From Candidatus Omnitrophota bacterium (GTDB lineage: Bacteria; Omnitrophota; Gorgyraeia; Zapsychrales; Fredricksoniimonadaceae), in contig CAIVRE010000024.1 of assembly GCA_903908245.1 (NCBI GenBank), forward strand, positions 9,676-73,675: a DNA stretch of 64,000 nucleotides, in the 5' to 3' direction. The notes beneath the pieces are model-generated. The model searched no databases and was not told the origin of the DNA. It worked only from the letters and a program-made list of their open reading frames with translations. The first letter of the stretch is position 1. Each line of letters begins with the position of its first letter. The position numbers and the translations under genes are program-made. Of this stretch, positions 36,050 through 45,791 are shown in pieces.

Positions 36050-37834
36050 TTGCGGATGCTGTATTTGTCCCGGCGGAACTGGCAGTATCTCGTTGGCGGG
36101 ATACTGGCGATGATCGCCTGCGCGGGTTTTGAAGGCGCGCAGTTCGGTGCGATCGTGCCTTTGGCTGACTGCATTTTTAACGGTAAGCCCATTATCCTGC
36201 CCAAGGGCCTTCCGCCGTTCCTCGTGCATTATGCTGACGTCCTTAACAGCATGGATCGTTATACGCTTTTTTATGGCGTGATCGTTATCATCCCGCTTTT
36301 TTATATTATCAAGGGTGGTTTCTTTTATCTGCGCGGGCTGTTCATGAACACGCTGGCCCAGCGTTCGGTTATGGATGTGCGCGGGGACCTGTTCCGCAAG
36401 TATCAGGCTTTGTCGCTTGATTTTTACAGCCAGAAGCGTCAGGGTGAGCTGATGAGCCGCATTACCAATGATGCCGGGTTCATCGGCCATGCCATTTCTT
36501 TCGGGCTGACGGATATTTTTTATCAGACGATCCTGGCGGTCATGTTCGCACTGATCGCGCTGACCATCAGCTGGAAAATGGTGATGATCATCCTGGTGGT
36601 GTTCCCGCTTAACGGCTGGCTGATCCATGTGATCGGCAAGACCATCAAGAAGCAGTCGATCCAGTCGCAGGAGTCCATGGCGGACCTTAATTCGATCCTG
36701 GCCGAGACCAATCAGGGGGTATCCATTGTTAAGGCGTTTTCCCGGGAACAGCACGAGATAGACCGGTTCGATGTCCTTAACAAGAAGTTTTACAGGGCTA
36801 TTATCAAAGGTGTCCGGCGCAGCCTCGTTTTATCGCCGATCACCGAGGTCCTCGCGGCCATGGCTGTGATGGTGGTTTTTTGGGTCGGAGGCATGCAGGT
36901 TATCAAAGGGAACATGTCTTTCGGCGTGTTCGCGCTTTTTCTCGGTTCGCTGATCAGTATTCAGCGTCCCATTAAAAAACTGGCCGAGGTTTACAGTATT
37001 AATCAGTCGGCGTTGGCATCGTCCAGGCGGGTGTATGATTTTCTTGATTGGAAGCCGCTGATCAATGATGCTCCGGGGGCCGGTGAATGTTTGGCGCCGG
37101 TGAGTGCTATTCGTTTTGCGGATGTGTCTTTCCGGTATGAAAAAGATCAGCCGGACCTGGTCATCAAGAATTTTACGCATAACTTTGAAATCGGCAAAAT
37201 GACCGCGCTTGTCGGCCCTACCGGCTGCGGCAAGACCACGATCATGAACCTTATCCTGCGTTTTTATGATGTTGATGCGGGCGTTGTCAGTTTTGACGGC
37301 CAGAACATCAAGGAGGTCACGGTGGCTTCCCTGCGCAGCCATGTCGGCCTGGTCACCCAGGATATGATCCTTTTTAACGAGTCGATCCGCGAGAACCTGC
37401 GTTACGGAAAACTTGACGCGACGGATGACGATATCCTGGAATCCGCCCGCCAGGCCATGGCACTCGAGTTCATCGAGCGTATGCCTGATGGGCTCGATAC
37501 CATTGTCGGTGACAGGGGGATGAAGCTTTCCGGCGGGCAGAAACAGCGCCTTTGCATCGCGCGTGCTATCCTCAAGAATCCGCGCATTCTGCTTTTGGAT
37601 GAAGCCACCTCCGCCCTTGATCCGCAGTCCGAGCATATGGTCCAGCAGGCGCTTGATAACCTGATGCAGAACCGCACGGTCATCGTGATCGCGCATCGGC
37701 TTTCCACCATCCGCCACGCGGATTGCATCCTGGTGATGGAGAACGGCCGTATCGTCCAAAAAGGGGTCCATGACGACCTGCTGACGACATCCGAGTTGTA
37801 CGCGAAGCTGGCGAGCTATCATTTCAATCAATGA
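36050..37834 (+). CDS. ABC exporter, fused 6-TM permease plus ATPase (MsbA-like lipid/glycolipid flippase)
   Basis: Six TM helices, then Walker A 'GPTGCGKTT', signature 'LSGGQKQRLCIARA', Walker B 'ILLLDEATSALD'; 594 aa. Confidence 0.85.
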   Translation: MRMLYLSRRNWQYLVGGILAMIACAGFEGAQFGAIVPLADCIFNGKPIILPKGLPPFLVHYADVLNSMDRYTLFYGVIVIIPLFYIIKGGFFYLRGLFMNTLAQRSVMDVRGDLFRKYQALSLDFYSQKRQGELMSRITNDAGFIGHAISFGLTDIFYQTILAVMFALIALTISWKMVMIILVVFPLNGWLIHVIGKTIKKQSIQSQESMADLNSILAETNQGVSIVKAFSREQHEIDRFDVLNKKFYRAIIKGVRRSLVLSPITEVLAAMAVMVVFWVGGMQVIKGNMSFGVFALFLGSLISIQRPIKKLAEVYSINQSALASSRRVYDFLDWKPLINDAPGAGECLAPVSAIRFADVSFRYEKDQPDLVIKNFTHNFEIGKMTALVGPTGCGKTTIMNLILRFYDVDAGVVSFDGQNIKEVTVASLRSHVGLVTQDMILFNESIRENLRYGKLDATDDDILESARQAMALEFIERMPDGLDTIVGDRGMKLSGGQKQRLCIARAILKNPRILLLDEATSALDPQSEHMVQQALDNLMQNRTVIVIAHRLSTIRHADCILVMENGRIVQKGVHDDLLTTSELYAKLASYHFNQ

Positions 37835-38961
37835 GCCGTATGCATATTGCCATTAACTGCCGGTCATTCCTTACCGCAACGCCGACAGGGATCGGCCGTT
37901 ACAGCAGGAATCTGACCGATCATCTTTCCCGTGTTGATGCAGCGAATGATTATTCTCTTTATTCTCCCAAAGGTTTTTTTGACCGCAAGCGCCGCCTGCC
38001 CAAGGCTCCGGGTTCGAATTTTCATGTGAGGCCTGATTATTGTTCATTTGGGGTTGAGGCGGTGTGCGGCCGCGTTGATGTGTATCATGCCCCAAGCCCA
38101 GAGGTTATCAGGACTGGCCCTAGAGTTAAAGTTGTTGTGACGGTGCATGATCTGGTGCATAAAGTCTTCCCGCAGACGCAGACGTTGCAAACAACGGTGT
38201 TAAGTAATGCTGCAATGGATAGTATTGTTCAGCATGCGACGCGCTTTATTTGCATATCTGAAAGTACGCGCAAGGATCTGGAAAAGTTTTATCCGTCCAC
38301 CAGTGGCCGGGCATGCGTGGTTTATAACGGGTTTGACAAGACCCTGTTTTATGAGATGGACGAGGCCGAGAAGGGCGTCGCGCGGGCGATTCTGGACGGG
38401 CTGGGTGTGAAGGAAAAGTTTTTGCTGTTCGTCGGCACGCTTGAGCCGCGCAAGAACCTGAACAACCTGCTTCAGGCTTTCGCGGGGATAAAGTCCCGTG
38501 GCATTTTTAACGGTAAACTTGTTGTTGCCGGCATGAAGGGCTGGATGATGGAGTCGTTCGACCAGTTGGCCGCCGACCTTGGTATCGGGGGGGACGTTAT
38601 CAGCCTGGGGTATTTGACGGACCATGAATTGAGATATTTGTACGGCTTGTGCGAGGTTTTTGTTTTTCCTTCGTTGTATGAAGGCTTCGGGTTCCCGATC
38701 CTTGAGGCTATGGCCTGCGGCGCGCCGGTGGTGACTTCCAACGTGTCGTCCTGTGCCGAGGTTGGTCATGGGGCTGCGCTGATGGTGCCGCCGTCCGATC
38801 CTGATGCTATCGCAGCGGCCATTGAGCGCATTGTTACGGACAGTGCTTTTGCGGTTGAGACAAGGCGGCGGTCTTTGGCCAGGGCGCAGGATTTTTCTTT
38901 TGAAAAGATGGCGCGTGAGACTTTGGGAGTTTATGAAGGGTTGTTTGAAAGAACGGTTTGA
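37831..38961 (+). CDS. GT4-family glycosyltransferase
   Basis: C-terminal 'EGFGFPILEAMACGAPVVTSN' E-x7-E GT4 motif; 376 aa. Confidence 0.8.
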   Translation: MSRMHIAINCRSFLTATPTGIGRYSRNLTDHLSRVDAANDYSLYSPKGFFDRKRRLPKAPGSNFHVRPDYCSFGVEAVCGRVDVYHAPSPEVIRTGPRVKVVVTVHDLVHKVFPQTQTLQTTVLSNAAMDSIVQHATRFICISESTRKDLEKFYPSTSGRACVVYNGFDKTLFYEMDEAEKGVARAILDGLGVKEKFLLFVGTLEPRKNLNNLLQAFAGIKSRGIFNGKLVVAGMKGWMMESFDQLAADLGIGGDVISLGYLTDHELRYLYGLCEVFVFPSLYEGFGFPILEAMACGAPVVTSNVSSCAEVGHGAALMVPPSDPDAIAAAIERIVTDSAFAVETRRRSLARAQDFSFEKMARETLGVYEGLFERTV

Positions 38962-39851
38962 TGATGCAGGATTTGATAACGATCGAGAATTGTGATATTT
39001 GCGGGTCAAAAGACCTTCGGGTCTTTGACGCGCCGGGGCATATTATGTATTGCCTGCGTTGTGGATTCAAGTTCACAAGCCCGCGCAAGGTGTTGGACAA
39101 AGAGATCGCGGATAATGACGTTCAATACCGGCAGGAGCACAGCAAGACTTTTGATCGTCAGCGGTCATTGGCATCTTATGAACGGCGCATGGCTGTCTTT
39201 TGCCGTTATGCCCCTTGCGGCCGCGTGCTGGACGTCGGGGCCGGATTCGGCAGTTTCCTGCATTTATGCAAGGCCTCGGGCGCGTATGAATGTCATGGGA
39301 CCGAGGTCGCGGCTTTTTGTGTGGATTTCGCGAAGCAGGAGTTCGGGCTTGATTTAAAAGCCGGGATCCTGGAAGAGGCGTGTTACCCTTCATCCTATTT
39401 TGACGCGGTGACCATGTGGCATGTGCTCGAGCATGTGCCTTCTCCTGCGGCAATGCTGAGGGAGATAGCCCGGATTTTGAAGCCCGGTGGTTGTCTTTTT
39501 ATCGCGGTCCCGAATGATTCGGTTATGGCTCGTCCGGGTTTCTGGAAGAATTCAGTGAAGCTTGGCGTAAATCGTTTGCTGGGCCGCGATGCATTGAAAT
39601 TGAAAAAGATGTACCCGGTGTATGCCGAAGAGGGAAATTATCATCTTTCGCATTTTACGCCGGCGAGCATGAAGCGTTTGCTGGCGTGCAATGGGTATGA
39701 GGCGCTTGAGATAGGCCCGGATGACGCGTATAACCGTGTATCTGCCGGAGCCGCGAAAGCGGAGAGGTCGTTCGGGTTTGCCCTGAAGGTCCATGGTTTG
39801 ACGGGGATCGTTTCTTTTGACGCGTTGTTGGCAGTGGCCAGGAAAGTGTAG
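38958..39851 (+). CDS. class I SAM-dependent methyltransferase with N-terminal zinc ribbon
   Basis: 'CDICGS...CLRCGF' ribbon, then motif I 'VLDVGAGFGSFL', 'VTMWHVLEHV'. Confidence 0.75.
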   Translation: MMMQDLITIENCDICGSKDLRVFDAPGHIMYCLRCGFKFTSPRKVLDKEIADNDVQYRQEHSKTFDRQRSLASYERRMAVFCRYAPCGRVLDVGAGFGSFLHLCKASGAYECHGTEVAAFCVDFAKQEFGLDLKAGILEEACYPSSYFDAVTMWHVLEHVPSPAAMLREIARILKPGGCLFIAVPNDSVMARPGFWKNSVKLGVNRLLGRDALKLKKMYPVYAEEGNYHLSHFTPASMKRLLACNGYEALEIGPDDAYNRVSAGAAKAERSFGFALKVHGLTGIVSFDALLAVARKV

Positions 39852-39858
39852 AGCGCAG

Positions 39859-41283
39859 ATGACATCGGGTTTCAAGAGAGTACTGTTGATCAATCCTCCC
39901 GAGAGCGGGCAAGGCGCCGATACATCCGCGCCGATGGGCCTGATGTTCATTGCCGGGGTTTTACAGCAGAACGGGATCGCCGTACGCATTGTTGACGGAT
40001 GCCTTGACGGATTTGCGGAGGTGATGCGGGTTGTAGCGGAGTTCAAGCCTGACCTGGCCGGCATTGCCTGTCCCACGTATGCCCGTGTTCAGTCCTTTAA
40101 GATCGCCCGCGCGATCAAGGAGCATGACAGTTCTATTATTACTTTGTTCGGCGGGCATCATCCGACCCTTCTGGGGCAGCAGGTGCTCGCAAATTATCCT
40201 TTTGTTGACCTGATCTGCATCGGTGAGGGTGAATTTGTAACGCTGGACCTTTGTCAGGGCCTGGAATGGGAAAAGATCTCCGGGCTCGGGTTTCGCCGCA
40301 ATGGTGCGGTTATGATCAGTCCAAGGCGCCCTGATATCACCGATCTTGACCGGCTTCCTTTGCCGGCGTGGGATCTGATAGATCCTATGCGTTACAGGAG
40401 CAACGGGGACATCGTTATAGACGGGATCGATCTGAGCAAAGAGGTCGGCGCGACGATCTCGTTCTCCCGGGGGTGTATTGGCCGGTGTAATTTCTGTTCC
40501 CAGATGTGGAAGAAATGGAAATACCGTTCCCCTCAGCGGATCATGGAAGAGATCGAATTGCTGCATCGCCGGCATGGCATCCGGTGTTTCCATTTTAATG
40601 ATGATTGTTTTTCGGTCAAGAAAGAGGTTACTCTCGAGCTTTGCCGCCTTATTTGCGAGAGAAAGTGGAAGATCTATTTCAGTATTGTGACCAGGGCGGA
40701 TTGCGTGGATGAGGACATCCTGCGTGCGCTTAAAGAAGCGGGTTGTTATTCGATCGCGTTCGGGATCGAGACGGCCTCTCCGCGGCTTCTGAAGGTCATG
40801 CACAAGACGATCAAGCCGGAGCAGTCGCTCAGGGCGATCCAGTTGACCAATGCGTTTGGTATCCGGAGCCTTGCCCTGGTCATTGCCGGGGCGGTGGGAG
40901 AAACGTGGGAGTCGATCAATGAGACCATTGATTTTCTCAATGCGGCCAAACCGGCCCTGATCGGTGTTGCCAACGGGTTGATGCTTTTTCCCGGTACCGA
41001 GGTTTACGAGGCCGCGAAAGCCAGGGGTTTTATTGATGATGACTTCTGGCTGACGAATTATAACTGGAAGATTTATACGGCCGAGAATTCGCGGCTGATG
41101 CTCAATATTTTTGCCGAGGCTATTCATCATCGGCAGAAGCTTTCCCGCTTTCGGTTGGTGAATATGATCCGTTATCACCGGTTTGTCAGCCGGGAGGTTG
41201 GGATCGTTTTAAAGCAATTGTTCGTGAACTTGAGGCTTGTGCGGGAAAGGTCCAACAAGGACAAGCCGTTCATATTGCGTTGA
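39859..41283 (+). CDS. class B (B12-binding) radical SAM enzyme
   Basis: 'RVLLINPPE...GLMFIAGVLQQNGIAVRIVD' B12-like domain plus 'FSRGCIGRCNFCSQ'. ATG at 39859 lies 8 nt after the upstream TAG. Confidence 0.75.
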   Translation: MTSGFKRVLLINPPESGQGADTSAPMGLMFIAGVLQQNGIAVRIVDGCLDGFAEVMRVVAEFKPDLAGIACPTYARVQSFKIARAIKEHDSSIITLFGGHHPTLLGQQVLANYPFVDLICIGEGEFVTLDLCQGLEWEKISGLGFRRNGAVMISPRRPDITDLDRLPLPAWDLIDPMRYRSNGDIVIDGIDLSKEVGATISFSRGCIGRCNFCSQMWKKWKYRSPQRIMEEIELLHRRHGIRCFHFNDDCFSVKKEVTLELCRLICERKWKIYFSIVTRADCVDEDILRALKEAGCYSIAFGIETASPRLLKVMHKTIKPEQSLRAIQLTNAFGIRSLALVIAGAVGETWESINETIDFLNAAKPALIGVANGLMLFPGTEVYEAAKARGFIDDDFWLTNYNWKIYTAENSRLMLNIFAEAIHHRQKLSRFRLVNMIRYHRFVSREVGIVLKQLFVNLRLVRERSNKDKPFILR

Positions 41284-41305
41284 TCCATTATTCTGTCGGA
41301 GGGTT

Positions 41306-42085
41306 ATGCCAGTACCGATCACGGCGGTCATTATTGTCAGGAATGAAGAAGAGCGGATAAAGAAGGCCATGGCATCGGCTCAGGCTGTTGCCGATGAGAT
41401 CATTGTGGTGGATGACGGTTCTTCGGATGGTACGGCGGATGTTGCCCGTGCGGCCGGGGCCAGGGTCGTTTCGCGTGCTCTAAATGGAAATTTCGCGGCT
41501 CAGCGTAATGCGGGTGCCGTGCTGGCAAAAAATGACTGGATCCTTGTGATCGATGCGGACGAGATCCTGCCCGAAGCTTCTGTGGCCGAATTGCGCCGGG
41601 TGTTTTCCGGCGAAGTGGATGCGGATGCGGCTTCTTTTCGGATCGTCAATGTCCTTTTTGATACGCCTCTTTTTTACAGCAGCGGCGATTGCCGGACCGT
41701 GAGGCTTTACCGCCGGTCGCGGTGCTCTTTCGGCGGGGAGGTGCATGAGAAGCTTTCGGTGCCGGGCAGCATCCTGCCCTTGGACGGGCAGATATGGAAT
41801 TATCCGGCCAGGCGCATGGATCATGTGTTCGTTAAGGCCCTTCAGTATACCGAGGTCGAGGCGGTGCGTTTTTGTGAGTCGGTGGCATCGGTCAGCGAGC
41901 GGGAGATCCGTTATCAGCTCACATGGAAATCGCTCAAGCGTTTCTGGAAGCTTTATATAAAGAACAAAGGGTATAAAGACGGGTTGCCCGGGCTGGTGTG
42001 GAGTGTGTGCAATGTTATCGGGCCTCAGCTCCGCTGGATCAAAATATGGGAACAGGCAAAGATCACCGGGAAATTGGTAAAGTGA
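41306..42085 (+). CDS. GT2-family glycosyltransferase (WaaE/KdtX-like)
   Basis: 'ITAVIIVRNEEERI...EIIVVDDGSSDGT', 'LVIDADE'; GGAGGG RBS. Paralogue of 51531..52280. Confidence 0.75.
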   Translation: MPVPITAVIIVRNEEERIKKAMASAQAVADEIIVVDDGSSDGTADVARAAGARVVSRALNGNFAAQRNAGAVLAKNDWILVIDADEILPEASVAELRRVFSGEVDADAASFRIVNVLFDTPLFYSSGDCRTVRLYRRSRCSFGGEVHEKLSVPGSILPLDGQIWNYPARRMDHVFVKALQYTEVEAVRFCESVASVSEREIRYQLTWKSLKRFWKLYIKNKGYKDGLPGLVWSVCNVIGPQLRWIKIWEQAKITGKLVK

Positions 42086-42091
42086 GGGGAT

Positions 42092-42841
42092 ATGAAGAGA
42101 GCTTCGGATGCGTATAAGGATTATTACAAGAATATCAATACGGCGATCGGCGGGGATTCCCGGTTTCTTTGGGTCAGCGACAAGCTGCTTAAGGACGTGA
42201 CGGGCAAGAAGATTCTTGATGTGGGGTGCGGAGAAGGGTCTCTTTTAAAGATGTTGCGTGACAAGGGCAATCAGGTTTGCGGGATCGATGCTTCCCAGAC
42301 TGGGAAAGAGGCCTGCGGGCAGAAGGGGATCGCCTGTGAGGTTGTTGATACGAGCCGCGACCGGTTTCCGTTTGATGACGATGCTTTTGATGTGGTGCTT
42401 TGTCTGGAGACTCTCGAGCATGTGGAAAATCCGTATCATTGCATCGTTGAGATCAAGCGAGTTTTGAAGCAGGGCGGTTGTTTTATCGCGAGCATCCCGA
42501 ACCCGAAGACATTGCACGGGTATATTTATCCGGGACTTTTTGACTTCAAGAATTTTGAGTCTTTTTTGAAGTTGAATGGATTCGTGATCAGCCGGCTGGA
42601 GTGGTGGGGGCAGGTGGTCATGTGCAATCGTTTCAGGCGGTGGCTTTTGTCATTGAAAAGCCCGTTGGCATTAAAGGCAGAGCGGTTCATTTATTATTTG
42701 AGCCGTAAGCGCAATTCGTTCATGCGCAATCATGCCGGGACGCCTCTGGACTGGGCGGCATCGTTGAATTATGTGTGTGTGAATGAGGGAAAGGGCGTTA
42801 ATCTTCTTGAAGAGCTGGCGCTCGAGACATTACCGCAGTAG
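42092..42841 (+). CDS. class I SAM-dependent methyltransferase
   Basis: 'ILDVGCGEGSLLKML' motif I, 'VVLCLETLEHVENP'. Confidence 0.8.
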   Translation: MKRASDAYKDYYKNINTAIGGDSRFLWVSDKLLKDVTGKKILDVGCGEGSLLKMLRDKGNQVCGIDASQTGKEACGQKGIACEVVDTSRDRFPFDDDAFDVVLCLETLEHVENPYHCIVEIKRVLKQGGCFIASIPNPKTLHGYIYPGLFDFKNFESFLKLNGFVISRLEWWGQVVMCNRFRRWLLSLKSPLALKAERFIYYLSRKRNSFMRNHAGTPLDWAASLNYVCVNEGKGVNLLEELALETLPQ

Positions 42842-42858
42842 CCTGGACGAAGGCGTTT

Positions 42859-43974
42859 ATGTTAAAAAGACGGATCCTTTTTTTGAGTGCTGAGGCGGAT
42901 GTCAAGGGCGGTGGAGAGCGCTTCCTGTGGGATGTTATTGGCGGATTGTCGGAGGATTTTGAGATCGCCTGTGTTTCGCCGGCTGAAGGGGTGTTGGCGG
43001 ACCGGTTGCGTGGGCTCGGAGTGAAAGTCGCGATCTGCCCGACGGGATGGAATTTGAAGTGGCGCAATTGGGTTGCGAATAGGGTGCGTGCGGCGCGGCT
43101 GGCTCGCGAGGTCCGTTCTTTTAGGCCGCAGGTCATTTATGCGAACGGCGGGCATACGAATAATCTGGCGGTCCGTCTTGGAAAACATCTGCGCTGTCCT
43201 GTTGTGGCGAATGTTCATGACGTCTTTTCCAGGGTCAGGAAAGATAAATATGCGTTTGGCCGCGCGGATGTGGCGGTGGCGTGTTCGGCGGGTGTTGCGG
43301 CCCAGGTCCGGCCGTTCAACTCCGGCGTGCGGGTTGTTTATAACGGGGTGGATACAAAAGTATATTCATCCCTTCAACGGGGGGCGGCGCGCACCTCTCT
43401 CGGCCTGAAAGAGGGGCAGTTCGCGGTCGGGTTTGTCGGGACGCTGGTGGCGAAGAAAGGTATCGCGGAGTTTATTGAAACGGCCCGGATCATCGCGCAG
43501 GAAGTGCCGGAGGCTGTTTTTGTGGTGGTCGGGGCGCCTAAGTCGGGGGATGAGGCCGTATTGGCTCAACTTCAGGTACTGGTGGAGCGGTATCATCTGC
43601 AGAAGCATTTCCATTGGCTAGGGTTCGTGGAGGGGCTCGACCGGTTGCTTCCGGCGCTCGATGTGCTTCTTTTCCCGGCGCATTATGAGGCGTTTGGCCG
43701 TGTGATCATTGAAGCCATGGCGTGCGGCGTTGTGCCGGTCTCAAGCCCGGCGGCCGGGCCAAAAGAGATCATCGAAGAGGGCGTGACGGGTTTTTTGCGC
43801 CCTTATGAAGATACAAAGGCTTTGGCTTCAGCGGTGTGCTGTTTATATCGTGATACCGCGCTCAGGGCTTCAATGGTAGCGGCCGGCCGCAAGGCGGTGC
43901 TGGAGCGGTATTCCATGGCATCCATGCTGGCAGGGGTCAAACAGGCTGTTGTTGATGCCATGAAAGGGAGTTGA
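42859..43974 (+). CDS. GT4-family glycosyltransferase
   Basis: 'EAFGRVIIEAMACGVVPVSS' motif; 371 aa. Confidence 0.8.
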   Translation: MLKRRILFLSAEADVKGGGERFLWDVIGGLSEDFEIACVSPAEGVLADRLRGLGVKVAICPTGWNLKWRNWVANRVRAARLAREVRSFRPQVIYANGGHTNNLAVRLGKHLRCPVVANVHDVFSRVRKDKYAFGRADVAVACSAGVAAQVRPFNSGVRVVYNGVDTKVYSSLQRGAARTSLGLKEGQFAVGFVGTLVAKKGIAEFIETARIIAQEVPEAVFVVVGAPKSGDEAVLAQLQVLVERYHLQKHFHWLGFVEGLDRLLPALDVLLFPAHYEAFGRVIIEAMACGVVPVSSPAAGPKEIIEEGVTGFLRPYEDTKALASAVCCLYRDTALRASMVAAGRKAVLERYSMASMLAGVKQAVVDAMKGS

Positions 43975-43978
43975 TCGG

Positions 43979-44983
43979 TTGAAGATCCCGCTATCGTTAA
44001 GATTCATTGAGAATCCTGCTATATATTATGCCCTTCGCGCCGGGGTCTTGCCCAGGGCCCGGATCGTCCTGAAGACTTCGCCCGACAAGGTTGTGGTGGA
44101 TATGGATGCGGCGTCGATGCAGCGCTCGAAGGCTTTGCTTAAGGCTCTTTTAAAGGCCGTGCAGGCCGGGCGGATCCTTTACCATGCATCGACGGGGAAA
44201 ATGACCCTTGTGTCTGGCGATGGCAAGCGCAAAGAGCAATGCCCCTTTGACCTGTCTGCGGTGGAAACGATCCTTTACTGTCTGGATAACAATATTTTAT
44301 TCGAGGCCTGTGCGGACCAGCGGTTTTTGATCGCGCATTTTTCTTCGCAGATGAAGTTTTACGTCAGGAAAGATTGCTGTCCGGATGTGCAGGTCATCCA
44401 GGCGTCGTGCCTGCAAGATGAGTATGCTTTTTTGTATCCTTACTTAAAGGATAGCGTTGTTGTGGATGTGGGTGCGAATATCGCTGATACGGCCGTGTTC
44501 TTTTGCCGTAAAGGCGCCCGTCGCGTGGTCGGCTTTGAGCCGCATCCCGGGATGTATGAGCAGGCGGTCAAGAATGTTGCGCTTAATGCTTTGTCCCATT
44601 GCGTTGATTTGTATAATGAAGGGGTAGGGGCCTTGGAGGGCAGCTTTGTGATGAAAGAGGATAATGACCTTGGGGCTACCGCGGGGTTTGGCCTGAAAGA
44701 ATCGTCTTGTGGCCGGGCGATCAATGTCAAGGTCCGGCCCATGGGGGCTATTATTGATCAGTTGGGGCATATTGACGTCCTGAAAATGGATTGTGAAGGC
44801 GCGGAATTCGATATTATTCCCGCCATGTCATTGGATGAGCTCAAGAAGATCAGGGTGATCGGTATGGAATATCACCGGGATCCGGAGGTCCTGATCGCCA
44901 AACTTGAAGCGGCGGGTTTTGATGTGACGATCGTCAAGGCTTATTCCGACAAGATCGGGCTTTTGCTGGCCGTTGGCGCTTGA
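43979..44983 (+). CDS. FkbM-family methyltransferase
   Basis: C-terminal 'VVVDVGANIADTAVFFCRKGARRVVGFEPHP' FkbM/Methyltransf_21 signature. TTG start. Confidence 0.6.
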   Translation: MKIPLSLRFIENPAIYYALRAGVLPRARIVLKTSPDKVVVDMDAASMQRSKALLKALLKAVQAGRILYHASTGKMTLVSGDGKRKEQCPFDLSAVETILYCLDNNILFEACADQRFLIAHFSSQMKFYVRKDCCPDVQVIQASCLQDEYAFLYPYLKDSVVVDVGANIADTAVFFCRKGARRVVGFEPHPGMYEQAVKNVALNALSHCVDLYNEGVGALEGSFVMKEDNDLGATAGFGLKESSCGRAINVKVRPMGAIIDQLGHIDVLKMDCEGAEFDIIPAMSLDELKKIRVIGMEYHRDPEVLIAKLEAAGFDVTIVKAYSDKIGLLLAVGA

Positions 44984-45010
44984 GCAATGGTCTTTTGAAG
45001 GAAAGAGAAT

Positions 45011-45745
45011 ATGGCATCAAAGAAACGGAATCATCTGCTGGAAAAAGTCGTTGATGTTATCGTTTCCGGCAAGAAAGGGAAAGTTCTTGATCTTGGCTGC
45101 GGCGATGGCAGGACGGGAAAGCTGATATTCGACAATGGTTTTGATGTCGAGGCGTGTGATATGGACGCCGCCCGTTTTGAATTCCATAATATTATCCCTT
45201 TTAAAAAAGGGGATCTGGATAACAGGTTGCCGTATGAGGATGGCACGTTCGATTGCGTCATCCTGATGGAGGTGATCGAGCATGTTTACAATCCGGGGTT
45301 TGTGATCGCCGAGATCAGCCGGGTCCTTAAAAAGGGCGGAAGGCTGATCCTCTCAACGCCCAATATCCTCAATATCGGGTCGAGGTTAAGGTTCCTGTGC
45401 GAGGGCAGTTTTGACTTTTTTCGTGAACCCACGCTGGATTACGCGAAGTGTTTTCCGGTGGCGATCCAGAATATGCACGTTGTCCCCTGGCGGTATCAGG
45501 AGCTCGAGTATTTACTCGACCGCCATGGCCTGGAGGTGGGGAGGTTCTTCGCCGACAAGAAAAAGATGGCGCTTGTGTTCCCGGCCATCATTTTTATGCC
45601 GGTCCTTTGGGCGCAGCGTTGGATCAAGGAGTCCAGGGCCAAAGCCAAGGGCGGGGTGGATTACGCGCGAATGAACAGGATATTATTTTCCGGTGACATG
45701 TTGTTGGGCCGGCATTTGATAGTAGAAGGTGTAAAAAGGGATTAG
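45011..45745 (+). CDS. class I SAM-dependent methyltransferase
   Basis: 'VLDLGCGDGRTG' motif I, 'VILMEVIEHVYNP'. Confidence 0.75.
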   Translation: MASKKRNHLLEKVVDVIVSGKKGKVLDLGCGDGRTGKLIFDNGFDVEACDMDAARFEFHNIIPFKKGDLDNRLPYEDGTFDCVILMEVIEHVYNPGFVIAEISRVLKKGGRLILSTPNILNIGSRLRFLCEGSFDFFREPTLDYAKCFPVAIQNMHVVPWRYQELEYLLDRHGLEVGRFFADKKKMALVFPAIIFMPVLWAQRWIKESRAKAKGGVDYARMNRILFSGDMLLGRHLIVEGVKRD

Positions 45746-45791
45746 CCGTTTTATAAATATATGGTAATCGGAGTCTTGAAAGGGGATTTGA

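Noticed and set aside
38005..38025. tRNA-like GGTTCGAAT T-loop motif
   Set aside because: It lies in-frame inside the GT4 CDS with no acceptor or anticodon stem context.
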